The notes under the pieces are model-generated. The model searched no databases. It saw only the letters and a list, made by a program, of their open reading frames with translations, and was not told the origin of the DNA. DNA of 64,000 nt, taken from contig CM059433.1 in the NCBI GenBank assembly GCA_030390025.1, forward strand, positions 21,888,001 through 21,952,000. The letters are read 5' to 3'. This DNA is from Squalus acanthias. Taxonomy: Eukaryota. How positions within the stretch are numbered: the first letter of the stretch is position 1; the number at the start of each line of letters is the position of its first letter. Shown here in pieces: positions 12,701 to 25,899 of this stretch. A program made the translations under genes and the position numbers.

Positions 12701-12779
12701 TAATCCTGAGACAGTGGCCAGGAAGCGGGATGAAATCAGTTACGAGGATATAGAGTTTATGAAGGGGGTTGAAGATGAT

Positions 12780-13614
12780 GGGCTGGATTTTGTCAGCCCC
12801 GAGGAGGTGGGTATGGAGGCAGGACTGCCGGTAAAGTTGCAGGATTTGGGGGCAGCAGGCAAACCCGCCCCCAACCCGCCTCAGTGCCCTCTTGCCAGGA
12901 GGCAGGAAGCCGTTCTGCCCCGGGTCCCGTCTCCTCGAGGCGGGAAAGGTATTAAAGCCTATTAACTGCCTCTTAACAGGTAGTTAATAGGCAGAAAATA
13001 GAATTATCCCTATTTTTATCTCCGAAGTGCAGGCTTCCCGACCTCGGAGAACCCCGCCAGGGTGTAGGAGATGAAAAGGAGGTCGGAGGGGTCTGAAAGT
13101 GAGATGTAGAGGTGAGTGATGGGTGCATGTGTGGAGTGGTAAGTATGTAAGGTGAGTGTTAAGTGTTATAAAATGTTCACTTACCTTTGTTTCTGCCTAC
13201 AGCCTTCAGCCGCTGTGGATCCAGAGTCCCGACAACTTCATTGTAGATTTCACAGACTGGCTGTTGGATCCTCCGAACCAACAGCCAGGTGATTTCTGCA
13301 AAGTTGAAAGGTTTGATGAGTCCTGAACACACGGACTCATCAAACTACACAGAATGTCAGTGTTTGACAGCTTCACAGAGCTGTCAAACGCTGACATTTC
13401 TTCTTTCAAGAGATCTTGACAGATGGCACGTCAGATGTTGACGTGCTCTGTCAGTGACTTCCCCCTAATTGGCCTGCTGAGCCCGCTGGGCGGGCTTAAC
13501 ATGGTCAATCAGGGGAAAATCCCGCTGGTTGGCCAGAAGCTGATGGAGGCGGGATTGAAAGCCAGCAAGCAGCAGTCCCGCCTCCAAAAGCTTCCCATTG
13601 ACAAAATCCAGCCC
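12780..13614. mobile_element. Harbinger-type MITE, 835 bp
   Basis: Perfect 16-bp TIR GGGCTGGATTTTGTCA / TGACAAAATCCAGCCC and perfect TSD GAT (12777-79 / 13615-17). Inserted in L2. Confidence 0.9.
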
Positions 13615-13721
13615 GATGGCTTTGGTCTTCTCAATGTTTAGCTGGAGACATTTTCAGCTCATTCAAGACTGATGTCAGACAAGCCACTTATCCAGTTAGG
13701 TTTTATCACAATCCAGCTGTT

Positions 13722-13865
13722 TTCATAGAATCATACAGAATAGAAGAAGGCCATTCGGCCCATCATGCCTGTGCCGGCTCTTTGAAAGAGCTATCCAATT
13801 AGTCCCACTCTCCTGCTCTTTCCCCATAGCCCTGCAAGTTTTCCCCCTTAAAGTATTTATCCAAT
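13722..13865 (-). mobile_element. CR1 3' end, (TTCTATGA)n-tail family
   Basis: catagaatcatacag…ggccattcggcccatc…gagctatccaattagtccc is the reverse complement of the 3' end at about 58030-58125. Confidence 0.75.
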
Positions 13866-15377
13866 TTATTTTCATGGTTATTTTTTCCAGTGCCCACAAA
13901 TCATCATAGTTAATGAATTTAATTTCACAATTTGCCATGGCAGGCATTGAACTTATGACCTTGCTAGTTCAGTATCAGAACCATTACATTGCTGTAACAT
14001 TCCTGATATAGTTCTCCTTCATCAATCTATTCATGAATTGGCAACAAAAAGAAACAACCTTTCACTGCTTATCATCTTAAAACATTTCAGAATTTTGAAA
14101 ACCTTTCTTAGGTTCCTGCGTTTAACTTCAGTGTTCCCATGTGAACGCCCCAATTTTTAAAATCCTTTTTTCATAACTGTAACTCTTCATTTTTGATATC
14201 ATTCTAGCCAATCTTCACTGCACCTTTTCCATGTCTCTAATATAATTTATATGATGGGGCATCCAGAATTGCAAGTGATACTCCAGCATTTTTCATTAAA
14301 GAAATTCTAGGGCAGTGCTTTATATTCAAATATATGCCCATTTTTTTTGTTGAAGAAAGTAATAATTTGAGCAGAATGCTTTTTGATGTTTTAGTAAAAA
14401 TCTCAAGTTTCTTGCTTTCAAGCCAGGTCGCTTTCCTGCTAGGCTGTGCTGGTGACATCCAATCATGAGAAACAACAATATAGCACCGCCCCCCCACCCA
14501 CCCCTCAATCCCCAACCCCCGGCTCCCTCCTGAATACAACACGATATATATTAACTTGAAAAACACAGGTTGGTCCAATGTAAGTTTTTTGAACAATTTG
14601 AGAAAGCATTCACTGGTCTCTAGTAGCTGTTGGGAAGGCACATAAATCTGTGCTACGGTAAGCAATGTCCTCATTTTACTCAGTTTCTGTTTTCTGATAC
14701 CGGCTATTGACTGATCTTACACAGAATAAACCAAAAGAGTATGGCGTAATTACTGTATTACAAGATTCATTCTTGTCACATTCAATGTATAATTTTCTAT
14801 TTAGAAATTGTATTATCCATCAAGCTCTCTCACCTTATAGATACTGATAAGAATGTAACTGATTTTGCGTAAGAACATCAGAACAGATTTTACTCATATG
14901 GGTAAGTAATTTAAGTTTAGTAGATTTCATTTGAGAGAGTATTAGCTACATGTGTAAAATAATACACTTCAATTTCCAAAAAATGAGAAGCGCCTATGTT
15001 ATCACTTAGATATGCAATGTACAATATAATTCCATGTGGGTTTCCAGATTAATCTCAGTATCCCATTATGCATAGTATGAAAGGAGGAAAATGGTCAATT
15101 AGGAATCTTCAGCACAGGTAAATGAGAATGCCATATAGTTTGATTGACTAGATCTGAATCCTAGGGACTTATTACTTTCTCACTAAGAATTTAAGGAATC
15201 GCCTCCACATAGACTGTAGTATAACTTGTCGACTGGAAGTGGTGCTGTCAGCTAATTTGAGTTTTTCACTGAACTCCCTGTGTGTTGCTCCATTTGTTAA
15301 TTCCTCGAGGGTCATAAATGGTGCAATAATGCAGTGTTATGTATTTTCAGACTTTACATCATTCCTACAACTCATAC

Positions 15378-15954
15378 GGGGTGAATTTAGTTTTGAGTGG
15401 CAGCGTAAAATGGGCGCTAGCTCACTGGCAGCCTGCTTTACACGCCTCCTGATTTTCTTCTCCATTGAAAGAAAGAAGAAAAAAGACTTGCATTTATATA
15501 GCGCCTTTCACGACCACCGGAGGTCCCAAAGCGCTTTACAGCTAATGAAGTACTTTTGAAGTGCAGTCACTATTGTAATGTAGGTAACGCAGCAGCCAAT
15601 TTGCGCACAACAGCAATGTGCTAATGACCAGATAATCTGTTTTTAGTGATGTTGGTTGAGGGATAAATATTGGCCAGGGCACCGGGGATAACTCCCCTGC
15701 TCTTCTTCGAAACAGTGCCATGGGATCTTTTACGTCCACCTGAGAGAGCAGACGGGGCCTCGGTTTAAAGTCTCATCTGAAAGACGGCAACTCCGACAGT
15801 GCAGCACTCCCTCATCACGACACTGGAGTGTCAGCCTAGATTTTTGTGCTCAAGTCACCGAAGTGAATGGAAAAGAAAATTAGGCAATGTGCAAAATGGG
15901 CCGCCAGTGCGCTGTCGCATGTTTTGCACTACCTCCCAAAACGTATTTCACCCC
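15378..15954. mobile_element. Palindromic MITE split by a DeuSINE
   Basis: Ends GGGGTGAA / TTCACCCC with arms like those of 11376-11555. The SINE sits at the central ccattgaa|gtgaatgg. Confidence 0.65.
15470..15860 (-). mobile_element. DeuSINE (SacSINE1/AmnSINE1-type Deu domain), 5'-truncated
   Basis: Reverse complement contains the Deu core ggtggacgtaaaagatcccatggcac…tggccaatatttatccctcaaccaacatcactaaaaacagattatctggtcatt and the tail aaaggcgctatataaatgcaagtc. Confidence 0.85.
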
Positions 15955-16523
15955 ATAGTTCTTTATTGAAGTTTTTAACACCACTTATTCCCAGGTTGTT
16001 CGTTATACTAAAACTTTCAATGAATATGGCAGTGTGGCAAAGAGTACTATGATTGTGTTAAATTAGATACACACTACCAATTGAAAAGCTGGTTTGATGA
16101 ATCCATTCCATTACCACTATGGACCCCCATTTATAAAAAAAAATGTCCATTTTGTGTGACTAATTGCTTCACTTTGTTTATAGTACTTCTTTAATTCAGT
16201 GTTACTAAATCTTTGGAAACTATTGAAGGCCTAATCAACGATCCTGCCTGTGTCATTGCATCACAAAATGTAATGATTTAACCGATAGTCCAAGAAATTA
16301 GTTGAACTAGTAACTAGAGTAAATCTGATCAATGTCAACTTTCCTCTAGTAAAATTTTACTGTGTGCAGTGGATGTGGATTAAGAACTCAGTAATGGCTG
16401 ATGTGGTTGTAAACAATTTTGTGCATAACAGGTAAGTAACGAGTGTACCTTTAAGGAATTGGAAGGCCTGTTTCAGATGGTATATTAGCAGTGACCTAAA
16501 GCAAGCCTTACAGTCATTTTTGA

Positions 16524-16799
<276 letters not shown>

Positions 16800-18432
16800 T
16801 GATTAAAAACAAAATTACTTGTGGAATGAAAATCTAAACAAAATCATTGGATAATGTTAACATTAGAAGGGTAAAATGTTGAATTAAAGGTCATATTATG
16901 TCTTTTTGTTACTGTACTTTATAATTAGAACTGTTATTAAGGTGATACGGTATTGCAAAACTGGAGTGAGAAGGATCTGCTGTCAAGCTGCCTGGGGGGA
17001 CATCACGTTGTGTACTCTACCTCACAACCATAATAATCTTTACAGGTCATTCCAAATTTACAGGATGATTTCCAATCTGTCCTCCTATCCTAAATTCAGA
17101 ATGGCATTCCTGATACTTAAATGCCACTCATTTTCTTCTGCTACTCTGGGAGACTGGGTGTACGCATGCAGTACAGTTCAGCATCCTGTGGGAGTGCTGC
17201 ATGATTGTGCGCAAGCTGGTTTCTGCAAAGGATGTTGCTGCCCAAGGTTGTGTGCAAATGTATTTAAACTCTGGGACCATGAGGTGTCAGTTGCTTTTTT
17301 TCTGCCGTCTGGTTCCTCTTCATTATCTTCTGGTTGGAGACTAACAACTTCTGGGTTTTCCTCTAACTTACACAAGTATACTTTCTACCACTGACTCTGG
17401 GGGTAAATGGTGGTATAGATGGGGAGCCACTAATTCAGTGATTTAGCTGTCTATTTACAATCAGGTAGTGTGTCTATTTATTTCTGATTAATGTCCAATT
17501 GATAACAGATCAGAAAACTCTTACTTGTTTTATGTGAAATCAGAAAAATAACTCTTTTCAAGTTACAGCTGATTATTATCATGTTGATTTACTTACCAAA
17601 TCATTTACATATATATAAAAAATTTTTTTAGCAACAGTTGCGATGTAGATGTAGATCAGAAAATTGATTTACTGACCTCCTTCCTATACTACGCCGTTAA
17701 TTAAAGGTGATCTGAAATTTAATTCAGTTAGTAGTGGCAAGTAACAGCACTTTAGAAAAATAGCTTCCCTGAAGTGAACTGTGGGTTTACAAAGTACTCA
17801 TATGTTTAAACTAAATTACAGACTGTGGTCCTTGTTACAAATTTGGTCTGTTATAGATACCTTTTTGATCAGTGACATCATTTGCTCCGGTAAGAGAATC
17901 CCACACCCCTTTTTTCTTATTAGTTCATGGGATGTGGGCGTCGCTGGCAAGGCCAGCTTTTATTGCCCATCCCTAATTGCCCTTGAGAAGGTGGCAGGGT
18001 AGACTCACACTATCCAGCATCTATTTATGCAGTACCATTATCTAGAGGTGTATAGTGCCCTCTTGAAATCTGAAACAGATACTCAGGTATTTTGCATGAG
18101 CCCCTATGTGTCTTTTCAATCTTTTTGAGGGAAGACCGAGAAATGACCTGGGAAGACGAGACCAGATACAAATCGTAGAGCTGCTTTATTCAAAGCAAGT
18201 GAACATACAGAGCAATATTTATGATTGTACTCACTTGATTCAATCTGTACAAATTATCTTCATGTAATAATATAAATTAATGAACAAACAACGCTTCCCC
18301 ACATTAGTGGGTTATCTTACTTGACTTAAAGAAAATAGCTCTTAATTAACCTCCTGCATTCTCCTTCTGAGCCTGGCCAAAGCTCGCCCTTGCAGCTTTT
18401 ATTTAAAAACCTAACTGTCAGTGAGTGTCTCT

Positions 18433-20281
18433 GGCCGAATCTTCCGCTGCCGTGCCTGCGGGTTTGGAGGCGGGTCGGCAGTAAAAGTTGCAGAAAATGC
18501 GAGCAAGTCGGGAACGCGCCGTCATCACGCCTCCTCGCGTCTTTAACTCGGACGCGTTTGCCAGCGTGCCACGGACCCGAACGGCAGAGGCGGGCAACCT
18601 AATTAAGCTCACTAAATCCTTGTTGCAAGACCCTTAACAGGGATTTTAACCAGACCTTTTCATTTTTACTGGATGACCACGGGAATCACACAACCACCTC
18701 TGTCAACCTGAGGCAGAAGCTCAGTGGCCATTGTGCGAGCTCATTAATGCAGAGCATGCAAATCCAAATTAGTGCTCCCACATGACACCTGCTTACTTGC
18801 CCAAGGGAAAGGCTCAAGCTGACTACATTTTGAGCACAGATTTAGGTGTCAGCAGTTTGCAAGTATTTTCTGCAACCTCAGAAGCTGCTCTCACCACATT
18901 GCCTTGCCAGTAACTATCACAACATTGACAGATTTGTCCTCTGATCACTACTTGACCTGCCATCTATTACATCAGCATGGGTGCCACTTACACTGTCTCA
19001 CCTTGGTCCTCATGATCAGACCAGGATGAGCCCCAACACCAGCAGCAGCAGGCACACCAGCAGCAGCAACACCACCACCAACCTTCTCCTCAATGACCTG
19101 ATGCTCCACAGGACAGAGGGCATCAGCACAGGGCTGCACCGCGCTAGTGGCGATACCCCCAACACAGGGTATACAGGCAGAGGATGAGCTTCCTGGACAT
19201 GACTGAGCAGCAGTGCCAAAGGAGGCTCAGGCTATCGCAGCAGGTTATCGCAGACATTTGCCGGAGTGTTTGTGAACTGCAAGGGCTTCCACTCCCTCAA
19301 GGTGCAGCTGGTCTGCAACCATAGGAAGACCATCATGCATGTGTGCGCCAAATTCCCTGGCAGCTGTCACGACTCTGTCAGTCCACCCTCCCTCAGCTCT
19401 TCGCACCGTCAGACACACTTACTGGCTGGCTGCTTGGAGACAAGGTCTATCCACCGAAGACATGGCTCATGACACCTTTGAGGAGACCAAGCAAAGAGGC
19501 TGAGGAGCGTTATAATGAAAGCCACATGTTCACCAGATGTGTCATAGAGCAAGCAATAGGCATGCTGAAGATGCGCTTCAGATGCCTTGACAGATTTAGA
19601 GGAGCCCTTCAGTACGCACTAGCCAGGGTCTCCAGCAAGGTATGTTGGTGTGAGGAATGATGTGCAGGAGTAGGCTTGGGAAGGCAGAGTGATGGTGATG
19701 TGGTGACAGGCACATCAGGATGAAGGTGAGTGTGGCTTTGCACTCACCTTTCCTGATCTCATCAGATCATTGAAGCACTTCCTGCACTGTACCCAGGTCC
19801 TCCTTACAACATCCCTGCTATTGACCTTCTCAGCAATTTGGAGCCAGGCTCTTTGGTCTCTTGGAGAGTTCCCTTCCACCCATCAGCAGGGAAGAGGACC
19901 TCCCTGCGTGCTCTGACTCCCTCCACAAGAATATGTTGAGATTCATCGCAAAAGCTGGGTGCAGCCCTCTGTCTTTCAAAACTAATTTTTCTATTTCTCA
20001 GCAACAAGATACTCCTCTCCAATACTCCTTTCACACTCCTACATCAACCTTCAAATGCGATGTGGCCAAGGCTGCTTTAAAATATCCCAGCTGAAAATGA
20101 GTCATCGATGACATCATCAGATCCCGCACCGTTTAATCAGGCCAGGAAACGCGCATGTCTGTCTTAATGGGGCCATTACGTTAAAGTCGCTCTGAAGAGC
20201 AGACTGATCATTACATCGTGATACCGACCCGCTACACAGCCCGCACGCACCCAAACTGACTCGGTAGGGAAAATTCCGGCC
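18433..20281. mobile_element. Internally deleted PIF/Harbinger transposon (transposase remnants on +, Myb/SANT remnant on -)
   Basis: TIRs GGCCGAATCTTCC / GGAAAATTCCGGCC and perfect TSD TCT. Frameshifted fragments [58 protein letters not shown]. Minus-strand TWVQCRKCFNDLMRSGK|gtgagt near 19750. Confidence 0.88.
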
Positions 20282-20964
20282 TCTGTCTTTATCTCCCTGT
20301 GTTCATAGCCAGAAGGGAAAGCCTTCCAGATAGCCTCTTCTATTGCCTGGGACCAGACACTTCCCAACACACTGGGTGTGAAGTGTTTATTGATTACTGA
20401 GACAGACAAACAAATTGCTTACTGTTTACAGGCTTTGGGAAAACAACGTCAAAGTCTAACTCATTAGAATTTTAACCACTTTTTATCTCGCTACCCTTTT
20501 TTAAACTCAATATATAAGTGTAACTCTTTTCTAAATCCTTTCTGTGGAAAAATGGTGAAAAATCCCAAAATGTGGCAATCCTGAAATAAGTAAGGACTGA
20601 GATTGTGATGTATGAGTATGGTCGGGAATATACTGACCTGATGGGCACTGTGTAGTGTTGAGGTGAGGTCTGGGTATCAAAGATATACACAACTTAAGAT
20701 AAATTAAGGGGCTTGGAGTTTCCACTTGATTGCGCTGTTTTTCTCAATGCAATTTAGCCAAAATCAGCATAACTGGGAGCGGGTTGGCTGCCTGCCCCCC
20801 TGTCCCGCCTCCGTTAAAACCAGAAGTGGGCAGGTTGGCGTCAGGTTGAGATTTTTAAAATTTTTACATCTCACCCAAACCCAACCCACCCGTTGTTAGG
20901 AGTTAAAATTCACCTGTTAGTTTCACAACATAGCAACAAAAAGTACATTTTTACTCCTCTCAGA

Positions 20965-21357
20965 GATAGAATCATACAGCGCAGGCGGAGGCCATTCAGC
21001 CCATCGTGTCTGTGCCGGCCCTTTGAAAGAGCTATCCAATTAGTCTCACTCCCCTGTTCTTTCCTCAGATCCCTGCAATTTTTTTTTTTATTGAGAATAT
21101 ATCCAATTCCCTTTTGAAAGGTACTATTGAATCTGCTTCCACCACCCTTTCAGGCAGCACATTCCAGATCACAACAGCTCGCTGAGTAAAAAAAGTCTCC
21201 TCATCTGCTCTCTGGCTCTTTTGCCAATTATCTTAAATCTGTGTCCTCTGGTTACCGACCCTCCTACCAGTGCAAACAGTTTCTCCTTATTTACTCTAGC
21301 AAAACCGATCATTATTTTAAAAACATCTATTAAATCTGCCCTTAATTTTCTCTGCTC
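20965..21357 (-). mobile_element. CR1 3' end
   Basis: ORF 21169-21384 (KLRADLIDVFKIM…TRGHRFKI) and a tail at gatagaatcatacag. Confidence 0.8.
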
Positions 21358-24103
21358 AAAGATGCTTGATTTTTTTTGTTGCAAATCCCACTCTCAAAAA
21401 TCCTTAGAATTAATATAACATAAAAATAAATTTTGAAAGCTGCCCATTTGGAGTACATTTACTGACTTTAGGGAGATTTACACCACAGCTGACGTGTTTG
21501 AATAAAGTGGTTTTGTATCGTGAATGCAGCTCGAATCCAACGCTGGAGCCTGACCTAACACTGGAGCAAAGCAGAGTGAGACTCTGCTTCGATTCAAAGT
21601 TAGTTCGGGCCAAAAAAACCCGATTTACAGCAGATCAGTTTAACATCAGGGCGAAACCAAAACTACTTTGTACTACAAATAAACTTGTAATGCGACTGGA
21701 CCCTGAGAGATAGTCCAATGGATGCATTACTTGATTGGATAGTGAAAACCATTCAATGGTCTTTATGAGCCCTGGTGGCTTGGAGTGTTGTGATGTAATC
21801 AGATCTACTTGTGGGGCTAAAACTTCTCGTTGAACAAGCATATTTTCCTGGGATACCACACATATGCTATAAATAGAAATAGAACACTATGCCATATTGA
21901 TTATCAATGGATACATTTGCAACGGGATTATAATTATAAATATTAATCCTTTATTGTGAGCATCACCAATGGGTCTAAAAATGGAAATAAGTATTCTCCA
22001 TGAAGTTGATAGTGTGGACAATGCAAGTAATACAGTAAATATCCTGACTGAGTTTAAAGGTGTAATCGAGTTTGAAGATTGATATGACAGTTACACAGCA
22101 CTCGAGTTTTATTCTAACAATTCAGATCATCCAAACTCCCTCTATCATACTATCTTTTAATCACTCCTGGGTAGCCCTTACTCTCTCTGTACAATATATC
22201 TACTGTTGTACTGTCAGAGGGTTTGTAGAGCTGAAGTATTCACAAAGTGTTTCCCCAGTGATATTATTCCATTGAAGTTAGATACGGTTTAATGCACTTC
22301 AGCCAGGACAATTTTCAAAGCTGTTTTATATTTTAAAATCAGATTGCTAGTGTAATTTTCAAAGTATCCCTAAGGGGAGATTGCCTCTTCTTATAAAGCA
22401 TAAAAAAATCCTGCACTGAAGTGTTAACGTTGATTTCATAACATATGAGCAAGGAAATTGATGGTTAATGTTCGAGTAGTCAATCTTATGACAGATCAAG
22501 GGAGGCAACGATTTTCGCAAAGGACATTAGAGGTCACATTTTAAAGCCCTATCAAAGGAACGCACTGCTCCTCGTATTCATCAATATCAGTCATTGTTTT
22601 CAATTGTCTATTTTCAACTGGTGTTGTCTCATTTGAATGGGAAGCATCAAACATTGTGACCATCCATGAGAAGGGATCAAATTCAAACCCTGATGGCCAG
22701 TAACACCACTACTGTCTGTGTCAAATCTCATGGAAATCAGTCAGCTGTCATAGTTAAAGCTTCCACAATATCTCAGACTTAGCAAACTGCAGTTTAGCCT
22801 TAGAACACACTGGTCAGACCTCAATTCCCCCAATCGCTTATCCTGAAATGGAACCATTTATTAAAAGTTCAGAACCCAGAGAAATAATCCTTGAAATTTC
22901 TAACAAATTTAATAGACTATGTCACAGTGAGCTATTGAATTCAATTGCCAAATAAATACAAGTGGAATATTTGCCTCCTCATTGCAGTACCTTGGCAAGG
23001 ATCCCTTACATAATTATGATTGGCCACATTCATCATTGTTTTCGTTCTGTTGAATGTCATCTGATTTATTTTTTTGTTTGCTATTGACAATGGCTCGGAT
23101 TTTGCGTTGAGAATAATGGTGAAGCTAACAGTGCTCACAGTGCTCACCGTTATTATGCAGTAAACCCGACAGCAACGTCTGGAGTACGCACATGCGCAGT
23201 TAAACTCGGAAATCCAGAAGTTGCTGTCAACTATGTTGCTCCATAGACTGCGCTATAATAGTATCTGGCCGATAGACTTACCCACTAGTTACCCACTAAA
23301 CACGGCAGAAAAAGTAAGGGCTGGTGCATTCAGGTGTAAGTGAATTTTTAACGGCATGCTAAGTCATAATTACTGCCAAACATCCTCTCTGGCACTGAAA
23401 ATTTAATTTTACAAGTGCATTTCTTCAGAATTTAATTAGTTTAATTAAAATGATTTTTTAAAAACTTTTTCTGCCTGCCTCTTTTATCTCTCTCACTTAA
23501 TCCCATCTTTTTTTACCCCTCTCTTTATTTCGCTTTCTGTACATGATTTAAATCTAATTTATACATCCTGGTTTATACTGCCTGGTTTAGACCCTGTGGG
23601 GGGAAAATTTGTTCCCTTAGCGCCTCCTGTTAACGCCAATAGATGGTGCTACTGGGGCGCTAGACCAGTATCACCGGGGCAAGGCCAATCCAGCGCCGCA
23701 CACCAAATATGGCCCCCCCCCTGTAGCACCGCCGGTAAGAGGTATCGCCAGGAACGTCAATGCCAGGTAGATCGTGACATCAGTGAGTGTGCAACGCTCA
23801 CTGACTGCCCGATTTGCAAAATTGAATCTCGCCACTTACCTCACCACCTGGAGTAAACACCTGCAGGGATAGCTGGCATGCAGCACCAGGAAGCCGGCTC
23901 CAGGGACGTTATTAATAGGGATCATCAGTAATCACTCGCAGCTGTCAGGTTAGTGCAGTTTCAGTGTTTTTATGTTAGTTTCACCCACTGCAACTGTTTC
24001 ATTCAGTAATTACAAGGTTCTTTTGTATCAGAACTTTTCTGGCAACTAAAAAGTAGCTACATTTATTTGTCAAAGATTCAAACTGCTACATTTGGTAACA
24101 TTA

Positions 24104-25290
24104 ATGGGGGCTATACTGGCATGCCACCTCGCCCTCCAGGATCTATGGCGGAGGGAATGTAAGCAGCGAGAAATCTGGGAACATTTGCACAGAGGGAGGA
24201 GGAGGGCCATCAGGGCTCTCAACAGGAGGCCTTACCCTCCGAGAGTATTCTGAGAGCACTTCTCCTACCTTCAATTAAGCGGGGAGCAGTGTATTAGAAG
24301 CCTTCGCTTCACCAAGGAGGTGGTCACAGAACTCTGTCACCTCCTGCAACCAGACCTCCAGCCTCAGACCAGGGTGACCACGGCTCTCCTAGTGACAGTC
24401 AAGGTCACTGTGGCCCTCAATTTCTTCGCCAGCAGATCCTTCCAGTCTGCAACAGGAGACATAGCTAATATCTCGCAGTTCGCCGTCCATCGCTGCACCT
24501 GCGAGGTCACAGAGGCTCTCTACAGTAGGAGAAGGGACTACATTTCCTTCCTCATCACCAGAGAGAAGCAGGACGAGCGTGCATGTGGCTTTGCCAGGAT
24601 AGCGGGATTCCCCATGGTGCAGGGCGCAATTGACTGCACCCATGTGGCCTTGTGGGCACCGCATAACAATCCTGAGATCTTCCATAACCGCAAAGGCTAC
24701 CACTCGCTTAATGTGCAGTTGGTGTGCGACCACAGACAGCGAATCCTTAATGTCAATGCCCGCTATCCTGGCAGCAGCCACAATGCCTTCATCCTGCACC
24801 AGACTGGTGTGCCAACACTCTTCCAGCCACCACATCAAGCTCGAGGGTGGCTGCTCGGAGACAAGGGCTATCCGCTCTCCACCAGGCTCATGACTCCCCT
24901 CCGCAACCCCAACACCCATGCCCAACACTCATATAATGAGAGCTATGCTGCCACCAGGAACATCATCAAGCAGACCATCGACTTATTGAAACAACGGTTC
25001 CGCTGCCTTGTACGCTTGGGAGGAGCCCTCCAGTACTCGCCAGAGCAGGTGTCCCATTTTGTCATGGTCTGCTGCATGCTCCACAATCTGGCCATCATGA
25101 GGGCCTAGCCCTTGCCAGCAGGAATTGCGGGACCACCTTAGGAGGAGGACAAGGCAGAGGAGGATGAGGAGGAGGACGAGGAGGAAGAGGACGAGGAGGA
25201 GGAGGAACAGGAGGGAGGGAGGAGGCAGTGAGAAAATCGGCCTTCTGGACGGGCTGTCCGTGACCGGCTCATCAGACTCTGATTCACATG
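24104..25290 (+). pseudogene. Harbinger (HARBI1-like, DDE_Tnp_4) transposase pseudogene
   Basis: One frame from ATG 24104: RRPYPPRVF*EHFSYL…LRFTKEVVTELCHLL…GAIDCTHV…NRKGYHSLNVQLVCD…YPGSSHNAFIL…WLLGDKGY…RNIIKQTIDLLKQRF…CCMLHNL, then an acidic tail and GRAVRDRLI. Stops at 24251 (TGA), 25106 (TAG) and further in the tail. The third catalytic residue (E) reads K. Confidence 0.9.
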
Positions 25291-25651
25291 AATGAAACCC
25301 CAGATCCCCGTAGCTCACCACATCCCCATCATACAATCCCTGTCTCATGGCGTATCACAGCGTCCTCCTGGATGCAAAGGTGAAATGAGAGAAACCACAA
25401 AATATTTCAAAGACCATTAATAAATTTATCTATAAATATATCACACATATCATGTGAATTCTAATAACTAATGACCCTGTGCCTGCCATAGTTGAATAGC
25501 TGCCATTGTGTGCCAGGTGTGAGATGTCGGTGTGAGTGTTGCTAGGTAGAGATTGTTGGTGGGTGCATGCTGGGGGTGTGGTGTTTTGGGCAGTGTGTGC
25601 AGACTGAGGTTCAGATGGTGGTATGCAGCATTTGTTGAAGCATTCACTCAC

Positions 25652-25899
25652 CCTGACCACCTGAGTGAGGTCGTTAAATTTCTTCCTGCATTGTGTGTGG
25701 ATCCTGGAGACAACATTGCTACCCGAGACGTGCTGCGCTACCTCCCTCCACATGGTGTGGAACACTTCTGGTGAGGCGAGGGCCTCCTGCCACTTGCCGG
25801 CTAGAGCACCACCATCCGTCTCTCTACAATGAAAACCAATGCCTCCAGTGCTTCATCGGAGAATCTGCGGGCTCTCTCCCTGGGGTGTGGACCTGCCAT
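25652..25899 (-). pseudogene. Harbinger Myb/SANT-like DNA-binding protein, exon 1 (decayed)
   Basis: MAGPHPRERARRFSDEALEALV…(stop/frameshift)…MWREVAQHVSGSNVVSRIHTQCRKKFNDLTQVVR, then donor gtgagt. F…W…QCRKKFNDL is the Myb/SANT trihelix pattern. Confidence 0.8.

Larger units (their letters stand above)
11620..13690 (-). mobile_element. L2 LINE 3' part, interrupted by a SINE and a MITE
   Basis: Minus-strand ORFs show L2 C-terminal motifs (LHWHPV, KIVFKSFQGLTP, LWNSL). Homologous to 49250-49780; 3' tail near 11620-11660. Confidence 0.75.

Noticed and set aside
14841..14901. Possible cryptic exon (ccttatag|…tgg|gtaagt)
   Set aside because: 61 nt, frame-shifting, no CUB/Sushi similarity. Such sites are common by chance, though a poison exon cannot be excluded without RNA data.
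24320..25108. 262-aa ORF as a functional or domesticated HARBI1 gene
   Set aside because: It lies between TIRs, has an upstream in-frame stop and a premature stop, and the catalytic E is K. It is a transposon fossil.
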